DNA of 63,446 bases, counting the filler. It is 7 parts of 7 records of this genome, joined end to end, with 100 filler letters (N's around TTAATTAATTAA, not from the genome) between each part and the next. Parts side by side here need not be neighbours in the genome. Positions count along the whole stretch, not along the records: positions 9,145 to 16,773 come from SRR31156797_42943; positions 16,874 to 26,194 come from SRR31156797_42949; 5 more parts are not named here. One strand, 5' to 3'. Both the position numbers and the translations under genes were made by a program. The number at the start of each line of letters is the position of its first letter. The first letter of the stretch is position 1. The notes beneath the pieces were generated by a model. It ran no database searches. It had not been told where the DNA came from and saw nothing but the letters and a program-made list of their open reading frames with translations. Shown here one piece after another: positions 9,513 to 18,955 of the stretch.

Positions 9513-9962
9513 ATGAAAATTAATTTGATGAAGATATTTCTTTTCTCAGGCCTGCTACTCATTGCCCAACTGCTTCAGGCCCAGGAATGGCAAACCGATT
9601 TTGATACAGCCAAACAAATGGCAAGTTCGGAGAACAAAGTGCTTCTGCTTGTTTTTTCGGGTTCCGATTGGTGTGCTCCATGCATGAAACTTGAAAACGA
9701 AATTTGGGCTTCTGATGTTTTTAAAAACTATGCAAAAGATCACTATGTATTATACAAAGCTGATTTTCCACGGAAAAAGAAAAATCAGTTAAACGATGAT
9801 CAGGTCAAGAAAAACAAGCAGTTAGCAGAACATTACAACAACAAGGGCTATTTCCCATTGGTGGTAATTTTAGATAAAAATGGCACAACATTAGGCGAAA
9901 CAGGATATAAGAAACTTACGCCTGAAGAATATATCAAGCACCTTAACGAGTTTACAGAGTGA
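9513..9962 (+). CDS. Secreted thioredoxin-family protein
   Basis: Signal peptide; FSGSDWCAPC CxxC motif; start codon uncertain (9474/9513/9528). Confidence 0.88.
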   Translation: MKINLMKIFLFSGLLLIAQLLQAQEWQTDFDTAKQMASSENKVLLLVFSGSDWCAPCMKLENEIWASDVFKNYAKDHYVLYKADFPRKKKNQLNDDQVKKNKQLAEHYNNKGYFPLVVILDKNGTTLGETGYKKLTPEEYIKHLNEFTE

Positions 9963-10948
9963 TAAAAATTAAAGCATTGTGTATATTATTTTTGGCTGTT
10001 TTCAGCATAAAAGCTGTAGCGCAACAGCCCTATAAGCGTACCCTTAAATTAATGGGCAGCAGGTTTGAAATAACCGTTGTTGCAAATTCGCAATCGGAAG
10101 CCAATGTTTATATCAACCTGGCGGTTTCTGAAATAAAGAGAATTGAAAAGCTTATTTCATCCTGGGATGAAAATTCCGAAACTTCCGCCATAAATAAAAA
10201 TGCCGGTGTTAGACCGGTAAAAGTTTCTGCTGAACTTTTTAATTTGATTGAGCGTGCAATCCGCATTTCAAAACTTACAGATGGAGCCTTTGATATCAGC
10301 TACGCATCGATGGATCGCATCTGGAAATTTGATGGCAGCATGATTCAAATGCCCTCCAATGAAAAAATAGCATCCTCGGTTGCAAAGGTTGGTTATGAGC
10401 ACATTGAACTTGACAAGAATGCTTCAACTGTTTTTTTTAAAAAGAAAGGGATGAAAATTGGCTTTGGGGCCATTGGCAAAGGTTATGCTGCCGATAAAGC
10501 AAAAATTTTACTGATAAACAAAGGTGTTCAGGCAGGAATAATTAATGCTTCAGGAGACATGAACACCTGGGGCAAACAACCCAATGGTGAATTATGGAAA
10601 GTTGCCATTACCAATCCAATAAATAAAAATAATGCATTTGCTCTGCTTCCAATAAAAGAAGGAGCTGTGGTTACCTCGGGTGATTACGAAAAGTATGTGA
10701 ACTTTAACGGCAAACGTTATGCTCACATTATCGATCCGCGAACCGGTTATCCTGCCAGTGGAATTATAAGTGCAACAATTTTTGCTCCAAAAGCCGAATT
10801 GGCTGATGCTTTAGCGACTTCAGTTTTTGTAATGGGAATTGATGTGGGACTCGACCGGATTAACCAGCTACCCAAAGTGGAATGTATTATCATCGACGAT
10901 AAAGGGAATGTTCACAAATCAGAAAACATAAAAATTGAAACAGAATGA
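9959..10948 (+). CDS. apbE: FAD:protein FMN transferase
   Basis: LMGSRF, GAFDIS, GAIGKGYAAD, VTSGDYE, HIIDPRTG, ADALAT motifs. Confidence 0.95.
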   Translation: MIKIKALCILFLAVFSIKAVAQQPYKRTLKLMGSRFEITVVANSQSEANVYINLAVSEIKRIEKLISSWDENSETSAINKNAGVRPVKVSAELFNLIERAIRISKLTDGAFDISYASMDRIWKFDGSMIQMPSNEKIASSVAKVGYEHIELDKNASTVFFKKKGMKIGFGAIGKGYAADKAKILLINKGVQAGIINASGDMNTWGKQPNGELWKVAITNPINKNNAFALLPIKEGAVVTSGDYEKYVNFNGKRYAHIIDPRTGYPASGIISATIFAPKAELADALATSVFVMGIDVGLDRINQLPKVECIIIDDKGNVHKSENIKIETE

Positions 10949-11166
10949 GAAGAAAATGGAAACTACTGTTACTGGTTATAGCGGGCTTTGTATTGTTTAG
11001 CTCATGTACGGTTTTAAAAGAGTACGAAAAAGTAAACATTAATGATCCGGATATGGCACTGGCCGACCGGAGTATTGACAAATTCCAAACCAGTTTTCAA
11101 TCGTACAGAGAAGCAGCATCGGGAGCCAACGGTGGGAAAACCGGGGGAGGTTGTGGTTGTAATTAA
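10945..11166 (+). CDS. DUF4266 small lipoprotein
   Basis: Lipobox FSSC; C-terminal REAASGANGGKTGGGCGCN typical of the family. Confidence 0.88.
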   Translation: MRRKWKLLLLVIAGFVLFSSCTVLKEYEKVNINDPDMALADRSIDKFQTSFQSYREAASGANGGKTGGGCGCN

Positions 11167-11177
11167 ACTAAACAAAC

Positions 11178-12482
11178 ATGAAACATTTAAGCATATATAC
11201 ATTACTCCTGCTTTCGTTTTTACTCATAAACCAAACCTATGCACAGGAAAGTACAGAATACAAAAAACGGGTACTGGAGAATACAGAAGTTGACTTGCTG
11301 TTTAGTTATTACGAACAGGATGGCGAAAATGCAGCGGTAACAGGTGGAAGGGGTACAGAGGAATTAACGGATATAGCTCCTTCAATTATCGTGGCAATTC
11401 CGCTAAATGATGATGATGTATTAACCATAAATGCAAACATTTCTGCTTATACTTCGGCCTCATCAAGCAACGTTAATCCTTTTGACGGTGATGGTCCTGC
11501 CGATCCTTTTGTGGCAAGTAGCGGTGCATCGTATAAAGATACCTGGATAAACCTGGTTGGAAGTTATTCGCACAGTTCAGATGATCGGAATAAAATATGG
11601 ACAGCTAACCTTTCAGTTTCTAAAGAATACGATTATACATCGTTTGGTTTTGGCACGGGCAGAACTTGGTTGTTCAACGAAAAAAATACTGAATTCAGCA
11701 TAAACGGAAATGTTTACCTGGATGCGTGGCGACTTATTTACCCAACCGAACTTAGTCCTGGTGGCGATGATGATGAAGCATCAACTGCTTTTGGATTTGG
11801 ACAACTGGTTCCCGGTTACGATCCTTCTTTTACACCTCATTCAGTTAAAGGCAGAAACTCCTATTCTTTTGGTTTGGGCTTTTCTCAAATCCTTTCAAGC
11901 AAAATGATTGCCTATATTTCAAGCGATCTAATTTTACAAGATGGTTTATTGTCGACACCTTTTCACCGGGTGTATTTTGCCGACAAGGAAGATTTTTTCT
12001 ACGAAAATTTTCATCTGGCCGACGACATAGAACGACTACCGGATTCGCGATTTAAAATAGCCTTGGGCGGCCGGTTGAATTATTTTGTAAACCACCGGAT
12101 TACCTTGCGCACCTACTATCGGTATTATTCTGACAATTGGGGCATTTCGTCGCATACGGCAAGTATGGAAATTCCGGTAAAAATCACCGATAAATTTACG
12201 GTTTATCCTTCATACCGGTTTTATAACCAAACTGCCGCCGATTATTTTGCTCCCTACAACGAACATTTATCTACTGAGGAATACTATACTTCCGACTATG
12301 ATTTATCTAAATTCCAATCGAATAATTTGGGATTTGGAATAAGCTATACCGATGTATTTACTCAAACTCATATCTGGAAACTTGGATTAAAAAGCATCGA
12401 CTTAAAATACAACAAGTACGACCGTGATTCCGGGCTTAGTGCATCGATGTTTTCTTATTCAATAAAGTTTGTGGTGGATTAA
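11178..12482 (+). CDS. DUF3570 outer-membrane beta-barrel-like protein
   Basis: SYYEQDG..AAVTGGRGTE, SAYTSASS, ERLPDSR, YRYYSDNWGI, YTSDYDLS; follows DUF4266. Confidence 0.85.
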   Translation: MKHLSIYTLLLLSFLLINQTYAQESTEYKKRVLENTEVDLLFSYYEQDGENAAVTGGRGTEELTDIAPSIIVAIPLNDDDVLTINANISAYTSASSSNVNPFDGDGPADPFVASSGASYKDTWINLVGSYSHSSDDRNKIWTANLSVSKEYDYTSFGFGTGRTWLFNEKNTEFSINGNVYLDAWRLIYPTELSPGGDDDEASTAFGFGQLVPGYDPSFTPHSVKGRNSYSFGLGFSQILSSKMIAYISSDLILQDGLLSTPFHRVYFADKEDFFYENFHLADDIERLPDSRFKIALGGRLNYFVNHRITLRTYYRYYSDNWGISSHTASMEIPVKITDKFTVYPSYRFYNQTAADYFAPYNEHLSTEEYYTSDYDLSKFQSNNLGFGISYTDVFTQTHIWKLGLKSIDLKYNKYDRDSGLSASMFSYSIKFVVD

Positions 12483-12596
12483 ACTATTGAAATTACAGAA
12501 ATATATATTTTGCATTATACAATTCGTAGAACAATAGAAGTTAACAAACGTTTTATTCCCGACCAGAATTAATGTATTGACATAAGAACCTAAAAA

Positions 12597-12643
12597 AATT
12601 GCGACCACCGGAAGCCTCGTTATAGCTTCCGGTGATCGCAATT
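12597..12643. terminator. Hairpin between convergent genes, probable bidirectional terminator
   Basis: AATTGCGACCACCGGAAGC / GCTTCCGGTGATCGCAATT, 19-bp stem with one mismatch. Confidence 0.7.
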
Positions 12644-12681
12644 CTATATAAATAATTTCTTTCTACTGTTTCTTCCCGAGC

Positions 12682-13725
12682 CTATTTGCGTTTCGATTTT
12701 ACATTAGCTTTTTTAGTTGATTTTGCAGCAGGCTTGGTTGCCGGTTTGGTTATGGGCTTGGTAGTTGCCGGTTTTGTGGCAGGTTTCTGCACATCTGGTT
12801 TAGAAACATTGGGCGTAGTAGTTGAAGGTTTTGTGGTTGGTTTCTCAGTAGGAACCTGTACTTTATTGTCCTTCACATTGCTTTTATTACCTGCCTTCTC
12901 CGATTGTGTTTCCCAATCTTTTTGAACGGGTCGTCCGGTACTTGCCGGTGCCTCCGACTTTTTTACATTATTAGCCGGACTGGCCTTTCGACTATTCAGT
13001 TCTGCCCTGTTTCTTACACCTTCATTCCTTTTTTGGAATGACCGGTCGGGGTGTTGACGGCCGTAATCATTTCTTCTGTTTTTATTCTGAATTTCAACCG
13101 ATGTTTTGCTTCTTCTTACCGTTGTGTGTCGATACGTGTTATTCACGTTAATATGAATGTTAACATTGGTTCTGTACCGATGTGGCGGATAAGGGTGCCA
13201 TGGATGGTAATAAGGCGGATAGTATCCCCAATAATACGGCGAACGCCACGGATTATATAAAGGTCCCCAAAACCACACCCAAATTACCGGCGGATGTACA
13301 TATACCGGCTCAATTATATAATCAGGTCCGTACATATAAACATCTCCAACTACCTGAACCTGGGTTTCGCCATTTTCGTCTTTTTCAACGTCTATAGTTG
13401 CAACATCCTGGTACTGGTCCTTCCCAATTACAGCCTGAATGGTAACCACATGTGTATTACCTTTTGAATTTTCAACTACCCGAAGGTAATCTACTTCTCC
13501 ATCTTCGTTTAAATCGAGGTTTGAAATTTGCAATTCCGGATCATTTAATTTTTTCTCAAAATCTTCCAAATCCTCTGCCTCTCCAAAAACCGATGCAACG
13601 GCTTCCAAATCGAGGTTCTCACTAATATCGGGGCTTTTAGCTTCAACGGTTGTAACATCTTGTGCATTTGTTATAAACACGGTTAACAACACTCCTATAA
13701 AAAGAAGTTCTTTTTTGAAAGTCAT
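12682..13725 (-). CDS. Secreted hypothetical protein with EF-hand-like motif, Y/W/P-rich segment and KP(A/T)T-repeat tail
   Basis: Signal peptide; DLNEDGEVD; WRSPYYWGYYPPYYHPWHP; basic low-complexity C-terminus. Confidence 0.85.
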   Translation of the reverse strand: MTFKKELLFIGVLLTVFITNAQDVTTVEAKSPDISENLDLEAVASVFGEAEDLEDFEKKLNDPELQISNLDLNEDGEVDYLRVVENSKGNTHVVTIQAVIGKDQYQDVATIDVEKDENGETQVQVVGDVYMYGPDYIIEPVYVHPPVIWVWFWGPLYNPWRSPYYWGYYPPYYHPWHPYPPHRYRTNVNIHINVNNTYRHTTVRRSKTSVEIQNKNRRNDYGRQHPDRSFQKRNEGVRNRAELNSRKASPANNVKKSEAPASTGRPVQKDWETQSEKAGNKSNVKDNKVQVPTEKPTTKPSTTTPNVSKPDVQKPATKPATTKPITKPATKPAAKSTKKANVKSKRK

Positions 13726-13977
13726 GATTATAATATTTGAGTTTTAATATATTAGTTAGCAAGTTAACAAAACAAAATTCAATCTACTAATAAGTTGCCA
13801 TAAACCGATGGAATTTCATTTGTTAACCCATCAATGATATTACACTTTAAATAAAAAGTCCTGAAAACACCGCTAAGGATGAGCTGGGACTAGTGTGAGA
13901 GGCAAATACCTCTTTATTTTTTACTTTTTAGCCTGATAGTTGAATCCCATTGATTGCCAGCATAGTCATTAAGGCAT

Positions 13978-14003
13978 AAAAAAAGCCGGCATACACCGGC
14001 TTT
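13978..14003 (-). terminator. Rho-independent terminator
   Basis: AAAGCCGG-CATACA-CCGGCTTT with A-run (U-tract on minus strand), just after the 14024 stop. Confidence 0.8.
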
Positions 14004-14023
14004 CTTCTTTACTTTTTCTTTAC

Positions 14024-15451
14024 TTATTTTACAAGTGCCACATCAGGCATTACAAACGATTTGTTCCAAAATGCTTCATCGGGACCATACAAACGCAACC
14101 ACACATAAGGCTTTTTCCCTGATGTTGGTATCCAGTTTGATTCCAGTCCATCAGGTGCTTCCGGCCCAAAATAGACATCCACACTTCCGTCGTCATTCAT
14201 TTGCATATCGGGTGTGTTAAACAAGCCCAATCCCGAACGTCCCAGGTCGTTGTCTATAAATGCCCAGTTGGCATTGTCGTATATGGTTACCGACCAGAAT
14301 TGTTTTGCAGGTATATCTTTTGGTATTGTTATTTTATACAAGTTGCCAGCTTCCAAAGGTCTGTCTTCGGTATCAGCCATTGGCGCCAAATAAACGGTTG
14401 CAGGTCGTTCGCCCAATTTTTGTGGGTAGAGCGTAAAAAAGCTCCAGGCTGCTGCACGTTTATCTAATTCTATTTGCGTTTCAGTAACAAAGTCAAATCC
14501 ATCTTTTTCATCGGTTTGCATTACAAAACTCCAGTTTCTGTTGTCCCAATAGCGGCCACGCTCATGGTGCTCATCAACCAAATCATACATATAGTGGTAG
14601 GCATCTTTTGCGGCCTTATCAAATATTGCTTTTTCACGAGCAGTCGGATTAAATGGTTTCCCGGATTCTATACCTATGGATGACAACATCCCCATCATTA
14701 CTTTATCGCGCTCCAATACCGGTTCAACACTAAATATCTCATGTATGTCTTCCAGCATTCTGTAATCGTAATGCGGCAAGGTTTGCAAAGGAAATTGTAA
14801 ACCATCCACAAATTTGGTCTTTTGATCTTCAGCATTTAAATAATACATACCCAAAGTTTGGGTGTATTCATAAGCATCCTGGTCGGTGGCATTATCGCCA
14901 CGTATGGAACGAAAAACCAAGGCTATACGATAGGTAGTTGACTGGACTACAAAATACCCTTCAGGAACTTCTCCTTCGTAATCCGGAGGAAGAAACAGGT
15001 ATTTCCCTCCTTTACCTTTATCGGCACCCGAAGGCCCAACACCTGCTATGGTTGATTGCCAGGCATCAACTATTTGACCGTACAAACTTGCTTTTTCGTT
15101 TACGGCAGGTACATCTAATACTACTGGCCCATTGCGTAAATCGGTGTAAGCGGTTATGTATGGTGTTGCCGTGTTCGCCGTTATTGCTTTGTGTTTTGAT
15201 AAAGCCGGTTTAGAATAAGCAATTACCACGTTATCGTCAACTCCGGGTAATTCCAAAAAGCCTTCGCGTAAACGGTGTACTGTTGTGGCAGGTACTGCCC
15301 ACACCACGGCTTCGAAAGCACGTTGATACATTACTTGTTCTTTGAGAGAAAGATTCATTTCTGATTTCTCTTTTTGCTCTGAAGGCCCCATACAGCTTGT
15401 TAAAAGTGTAAACCAGGCCAGAACTGCTACTGTTAAATTTTTTGTTTTCAT
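14024..15451 (-). CDS. DUF1254/DUF1214 domain lipoprotein
   Basis: Lipobox LLTSC; TANTATPY, DAWQ, GADKGKGGKYL, FWSVTIYD, NWIPT, LRLYGP. Confidence 0.88.
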   Translation of the reverse strand: MKTKNLTVAVLAWFTLLTSCMGPSEQKEKSEMNLSLKEQVMYQRAFEAVVWAVPATTVHRLREGFLELPGVDDNVVIAYSKPALSKHKAITANTATPYITAYTDLRNGPVVLDVPAVNEKASLYGQIVDAWQSTIAGVGPSGADKGKGGKYLFLPPDYEGEVPEGYFVVQSTTYRIALVFRSIRGDNATDQDAYEYTQTLGMYYLNAEDQKTKFVDGLQFPLQTLPHYDYRMLEDIHEIFSVEPVLERDKVMMGMLSSIGIESGKPFNPTAREKAIFDKAAKDAYHYMYDLVDEHHERGRYWDNRNWSFVMQTDEKDGFDFVTETQIELDKRAAAWSFFTLYPQKLGERPATVYLAPMADTEDRPLEAGNLYKITIPKDIPAKQFWSVTIYDNANWAFIDNDLGRSGLGLFNTPDMQMNDDGSVDVYFGPEAPDGLESNWIPTSGKKPYVWLRLYGPDEAFWNKSFVMPDVALVK

Positions 15452-15559
15452 AATAATTGTTGTTATCGTTGTTAATACTTGTTGTTTTACAATGCAAAAA
15501 TGCTGTAAGGGAAGCAATCCTTCTTATCCAAAAGCTTCATCCATTTATCCATTCAACCC

Positions 15560-15587
15560 AAAAAAAAAGCCGGCATAAACCGGCTTT
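15560..15587 (-). terminator. Rho-independent terminator
   Basis: A-run plus AAAGCCGG-CATAAA-CCGGCTTT, just after the 15607 stop. Confidence 0.8.
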
Positions 15588-15606
15588 AACTATTTTTATC
15601 TTTTTC

Positions 15607-16773
15607 TTACATTTTATGCAATTGCGGAAGTTTATATTCCAAGGAAATTACTTCATCTGAAGGTTCGTACAACCTTAGTATAAGGTAAAAAGTTCCTTCG
15701 GGTGCTGGTAACCAGTTATCGGTGTTTTCAGGCTTCTCATTCTGAATCAGGATTTCGAAAGAACCATCCTCATTTATTTTTAAGCCTTTCGACTCACGAC
15801 TAAACTTGTATCGATCCAGTACGTTTTCGTAAAGCAATTTATTGTTTGCATCGTACAGGGTAAGCGACCAAAAGGCTCCCACCGGAGGTTCTTCATCGAA
15901 CCTTATTTTGTAACTATTTTTACCTTCCAACAGTTGGTTATCGCTATCGGTATAACGGGCCGGGTACATGGCTTCTTTTTCGCCCTGGCCCCCAAGGTAG
16001 GGGCCGGCAATTAATGAGCGAAATGAAAAATCGTAACCATAATTATCAAGTTTTAATGCCATTATCCAACCATTGTTGATATGTGTGGAAGAGTACATGG
16101 AAGCCAATATGGCCATTGGTGCTTCCAAAGCTGCTTCCTTTAAGCCCTTAAGCTGGTGTTCGTTTAATGAAGCCTCATCAAACTTCCCATCTTTTATGCC
16201 AATACGCTCAAACTGCCCAACCAAAGATTTATCCTGTTCCAACATATTGTTTTGTTCCATAGCAAAAGCCAGGTAACGGTAAAACCTTAAACTATCGGAT
16301 ACCGGGTGTGTTGGCATTTCAGGCAGTGCCGCAGCTTTTATTTTTTCTCCTCCATTAAATTCGCTTAGCGATTTCAAGCTAAACTGATCTTGCAAGGCAT
16401 GTATTTTCGAAACATCTTCGCCCTCCAACACATGCATTCTACCCCACAACCATACTTTTTGTGTATTTACTTCAACGGTTTTATCAACCGAGGCTGGTAG
16501 TTTTCCTTCCCAGCCAGGAGGAACAAGCGCTACAGTAAGCACTTCAGTTCCCGTATTGCGTTTACCAATGTATTCGGTTAAAGTGTGGTACATATCGAAA
16601 ACATTTACTACAAAATAACGTCCATCAGTATCGGGTGTATTTAGGATAAAAGGTTCGGTTAAATCCACCACGGCACTCATGTAATAGGTATCGTTGTTGG
16701 CGGTTGGCATGTCTTTATCGGCAGCCGTTGGTAAAGTTGTTGCCCATCCTATTTCGTTTATAGGAGCCCGGTA
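15607..16773 (-). CDS. DUF1254/DUF1214 domain protein (5'-truncated)
   Basis: NNDTYY, EAMYP, PPVGAFWSLTLYD, NWLPAP, LRLYEP; frame runs to contig edge. Confidence 0.88.
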   Translation of the reverse strand, partial: YRAPINEIGWATTLPTAADKDMPTANNDTYYMSAVVDLTEPFILNTPDTDGRYFVVNVFDMYHTLTEYIGKRNTGTEVLTVALVPPGWEGKLPASVDKTVEVNTQKVWLWGRMHVLEGEDVSKIHALQDQFSLKSLSEFNGGEKIKAAALPEMPTHPVSDSLRFYRYLAFAMEQNNMLEQDKSLVGQFERIGIKDGKFDEASLNEHQLKGLKEAALEAPMAILASMYSSTHINNGWIMALKLDNYGYDFSFRSLIAGPYLGGQGEKEAMYPARYTDSDNQLLEGKNSYKIRFDEEPPVGAFWSLTLYDANNKLLYENVLDRYKFSRESKGLKINEDGSFEILIQNEKPENTDNWLPAPEGTFYLILRLYEPSDEVISLEYKLPQLHKM

Positions 16774-16873
16774 NNNNNNNNNNNNNNNNNNNNNNNNNNN
16801 NNNNNNNNNNNNNNNNNTTAATTAATTAANNNNNNNNNNNNNNNNNNNNNNNNNNNNNNNNNNNNNNNNNNNN
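16774..16873. other. Artificial contig spacer
   Basis: N-run with TTAATTAATTAA. Confidence 0.98.
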
Positions 16874-17073
16874 GAGAAAATAATCAACCTGCACTCTTTA
16901 TTTCTATTACAGCGATCCAGGTTTCTCTGTTTTTTCAACATTGCAGCCACCTGTTTCTTCAAGGGAGCTGCGACCATTCAGGCGCAGATGGGCCCATGCA
17001 ACCCGGTGACCAACCCTAAGTGTGCAGCCGGTTCTTAAGATTCATTTTCGTTTTTTTTACCGTGGGGGACGGT

Positions 17074-18951
17074 ATGGATAACCAGGCATTCGTTGCGGAG
17101 AATTACGACGGTTGCATTGCCCATGAACCGGCGTTCGGCCAGGTTAAGAACAGCACCGGAAGAAAGGGCGGGCGGCTGTCAAAGCAGTTCTCCCTCTTTC
17201 TGTTTATCGTTCTCCTGATCAATACCTGTGTCGCCGTTGTCCTGGCCGGCCTGCATTTCAAAAAAGAGTATATTGCGCTGATGCAGTCGAAGTCTGAAGT
17301 GGTGGGCGAAAACCTGCAAGGTTTTCTCCTTGATATTCTGAGCTACGGTCTGCCCATGGGTGCCCTGGAAGGCGTTGAAATAGAACTGGAGAAAGTTGTC
17401 CAGGGGGAACTCAAGGCGGCCTACGCCAACGTCATAAACGACAAATGTGAAATTTATTACAGTGTTCCGGAACCGAAAAACAAAACGCCGTTTTACCCCC
17501 AGGTCCTCCTTCCCCTGATCCAGGCCAACACGTCCCGGACCGTTCTTTTTGACGGCGTCTACAACACCTTTATTCCCCTGAAAGACCGGGTGGGGAACGA
17601 GATGGTCGGCGGTATAAACATCGGCGTGCCCCAGCGGGATGTGCTTGAAAAAACCATCCAGACCCTGATCAAGCTGATCCTTATTTTTACGTTTTTCATC
17701 CTGTTCACCCTCATGGTGCTTTATCTGTTCATCAAACAGGCGATCCTCCCTTTGGAGCACCTTAATAAAAGCGCGCTGTTGCTGGCAAAGGGCGATTATT
17801 CCATCAGGGTCAATGTCACTGCGAAAAATGAGATCGGATCCCTGGCGGATTCATTCAACTTCATGGCCCACCGGATGGAGCAGAACCATAAAAAGATGAA
17901 AAATCACACACAGAAAATCGAAGAGCAGAACCAGAAACTGCTGCAACGGGAGCAAACGCTGAAGGACACCCAGGCCCAGCTGGTATTGAACGAAAAAATG
18001 GCCTCCCTGGGGATCCTGATTTCAGGTATTGCCCACGAGATCAATACCCCGGCGGGCGCCATCGCAAATGTCGCCTCGGATTTGCGCAAGAAAATCATTC
18101 CGATTCTCAACGGCATTGAGAGCAGCCATGGACTGCCCCCTGTGGAACTGCGCCATTTAAGGTCGCTGGCGGAAGAGTTCATCCGGGGAAACAACGTCGC
18201 CAAGCTTGGCGGACAATGGAAAAAAAACAAGGAAGCTCGGAAATGGCTGACAGAAGCAGGGGTGGACAACGTCAAAAACGTGGTTGCCGTTCTGGCGAAA
18301 CATGACCTCCTGGACCGGGAGTTTCTGACCCGCTACCTGGGGCTGATCAAACGGCCATGGGTCATGGAATTCCTGGATTCCATGGGAACGATCAACATGG
18401 GCATGCAGATTTGCGATTCAAGCATCGGGAAAATTAGCGAAATCATCAATGCCTTGAAATTTTACGCTTATACGGATATGGATAAGACCGCCCTGGTGGA
18501 TATCAACGACAGCATCGACACTGTCCTGGTCCTGCTGCACAACAAACTGAAGTACGCCATTAAACTTGAGAAAAACTTCCCCCCCCTCCCCAAGGTGCAA
18601 TGCACCTGCGAAATCAGCCAGGTGTGGACGAATCTCATCAGCAACGCCTATGACGCGGCCGTTGAAAGCAACCCTGAAGGCAAGGGCCGCATATGGATCA
18701 CGACCCAAAACCTGCAGGATTACATCGAGGTTCGCATCAGGGACAACGGCATGGGGATCCGCCAGGAAAACATCAACAAAATATTCGACCCTTTTTTCAC
18801 AAGCAAGGAAATCGGCAAGGGCACAGGGCTTGGGCTATCCATAGTCTCCGGCATCATCAAAAAACACAATGGGAAAATCAACGTTGACAGTGAACCGGGC
18901 AAAACAACCTTCACTGTTCATTTACCCAAGGTAGATACGGGAAAGGAATGA
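17074..18951 (+). CDS. Membrane sensor histidine kinase (2 TM, HAMP, HisKA, HATPase)
   Basis: NEIGSLADSFNFM HAMP; GIAHEINTP H-box; NLISNA, DNGMGI, FDPFFTSK, GTGLGL. Confidence 0.93.
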   Translation: MDNQAFVAENYDGCIAHEPAFGQVKNSTGRKGGRLSKQFSLFLFIVLLINTCVAVVLAGLHFKKEYIALMQSKSEVVGENLQGFLLDILSYGLPMGALEGVEIELEKVVQGELKAAYANVINDKCEIYYSVPEPKNKTPFYPQVLLPLIQANTSRTVLFDGVYNTFIPLKDRVGNEMVGGINIGVPQRDVLEKTIQTLIKLILIFTFFILFTLMVLYLFIKQAILPLEHLNKSALLLAKGDYSIRVNVTAKNEIGSLADSFNFMAHRMEQNHKKMKNHTQKIEEQNQKLLQREQTLKDTQAQLVLNEKMASLGILISGIAHEINTPAGAIANVASDLRKKIIPILNGIESSHGLPPVELRHLRSLAEEFIRGNNVAKLGGQWKKNKEARKWLTEAGVDNVKNVVAVLAKHDLLDREFLTRYLGLIKRPWVMEFLDSMGTINMGMQICDSSIGKISEIINALKFYAYTDMDKTALVDINDSIDTVLVLLHNKLKYAIKLEKNFPPLPKVQCTCEISQVWTNLISNAYDAAVESNPEGKGRIWITTQNLQDYIEVRIRDNGMGIRQENINKIFDPFFTSKEIGKGTGLGLSIVSGIIKKHNGKINVDSEPGKTTFTVHLPKVDTGKE

Positions 18952-18955
18952 AACA

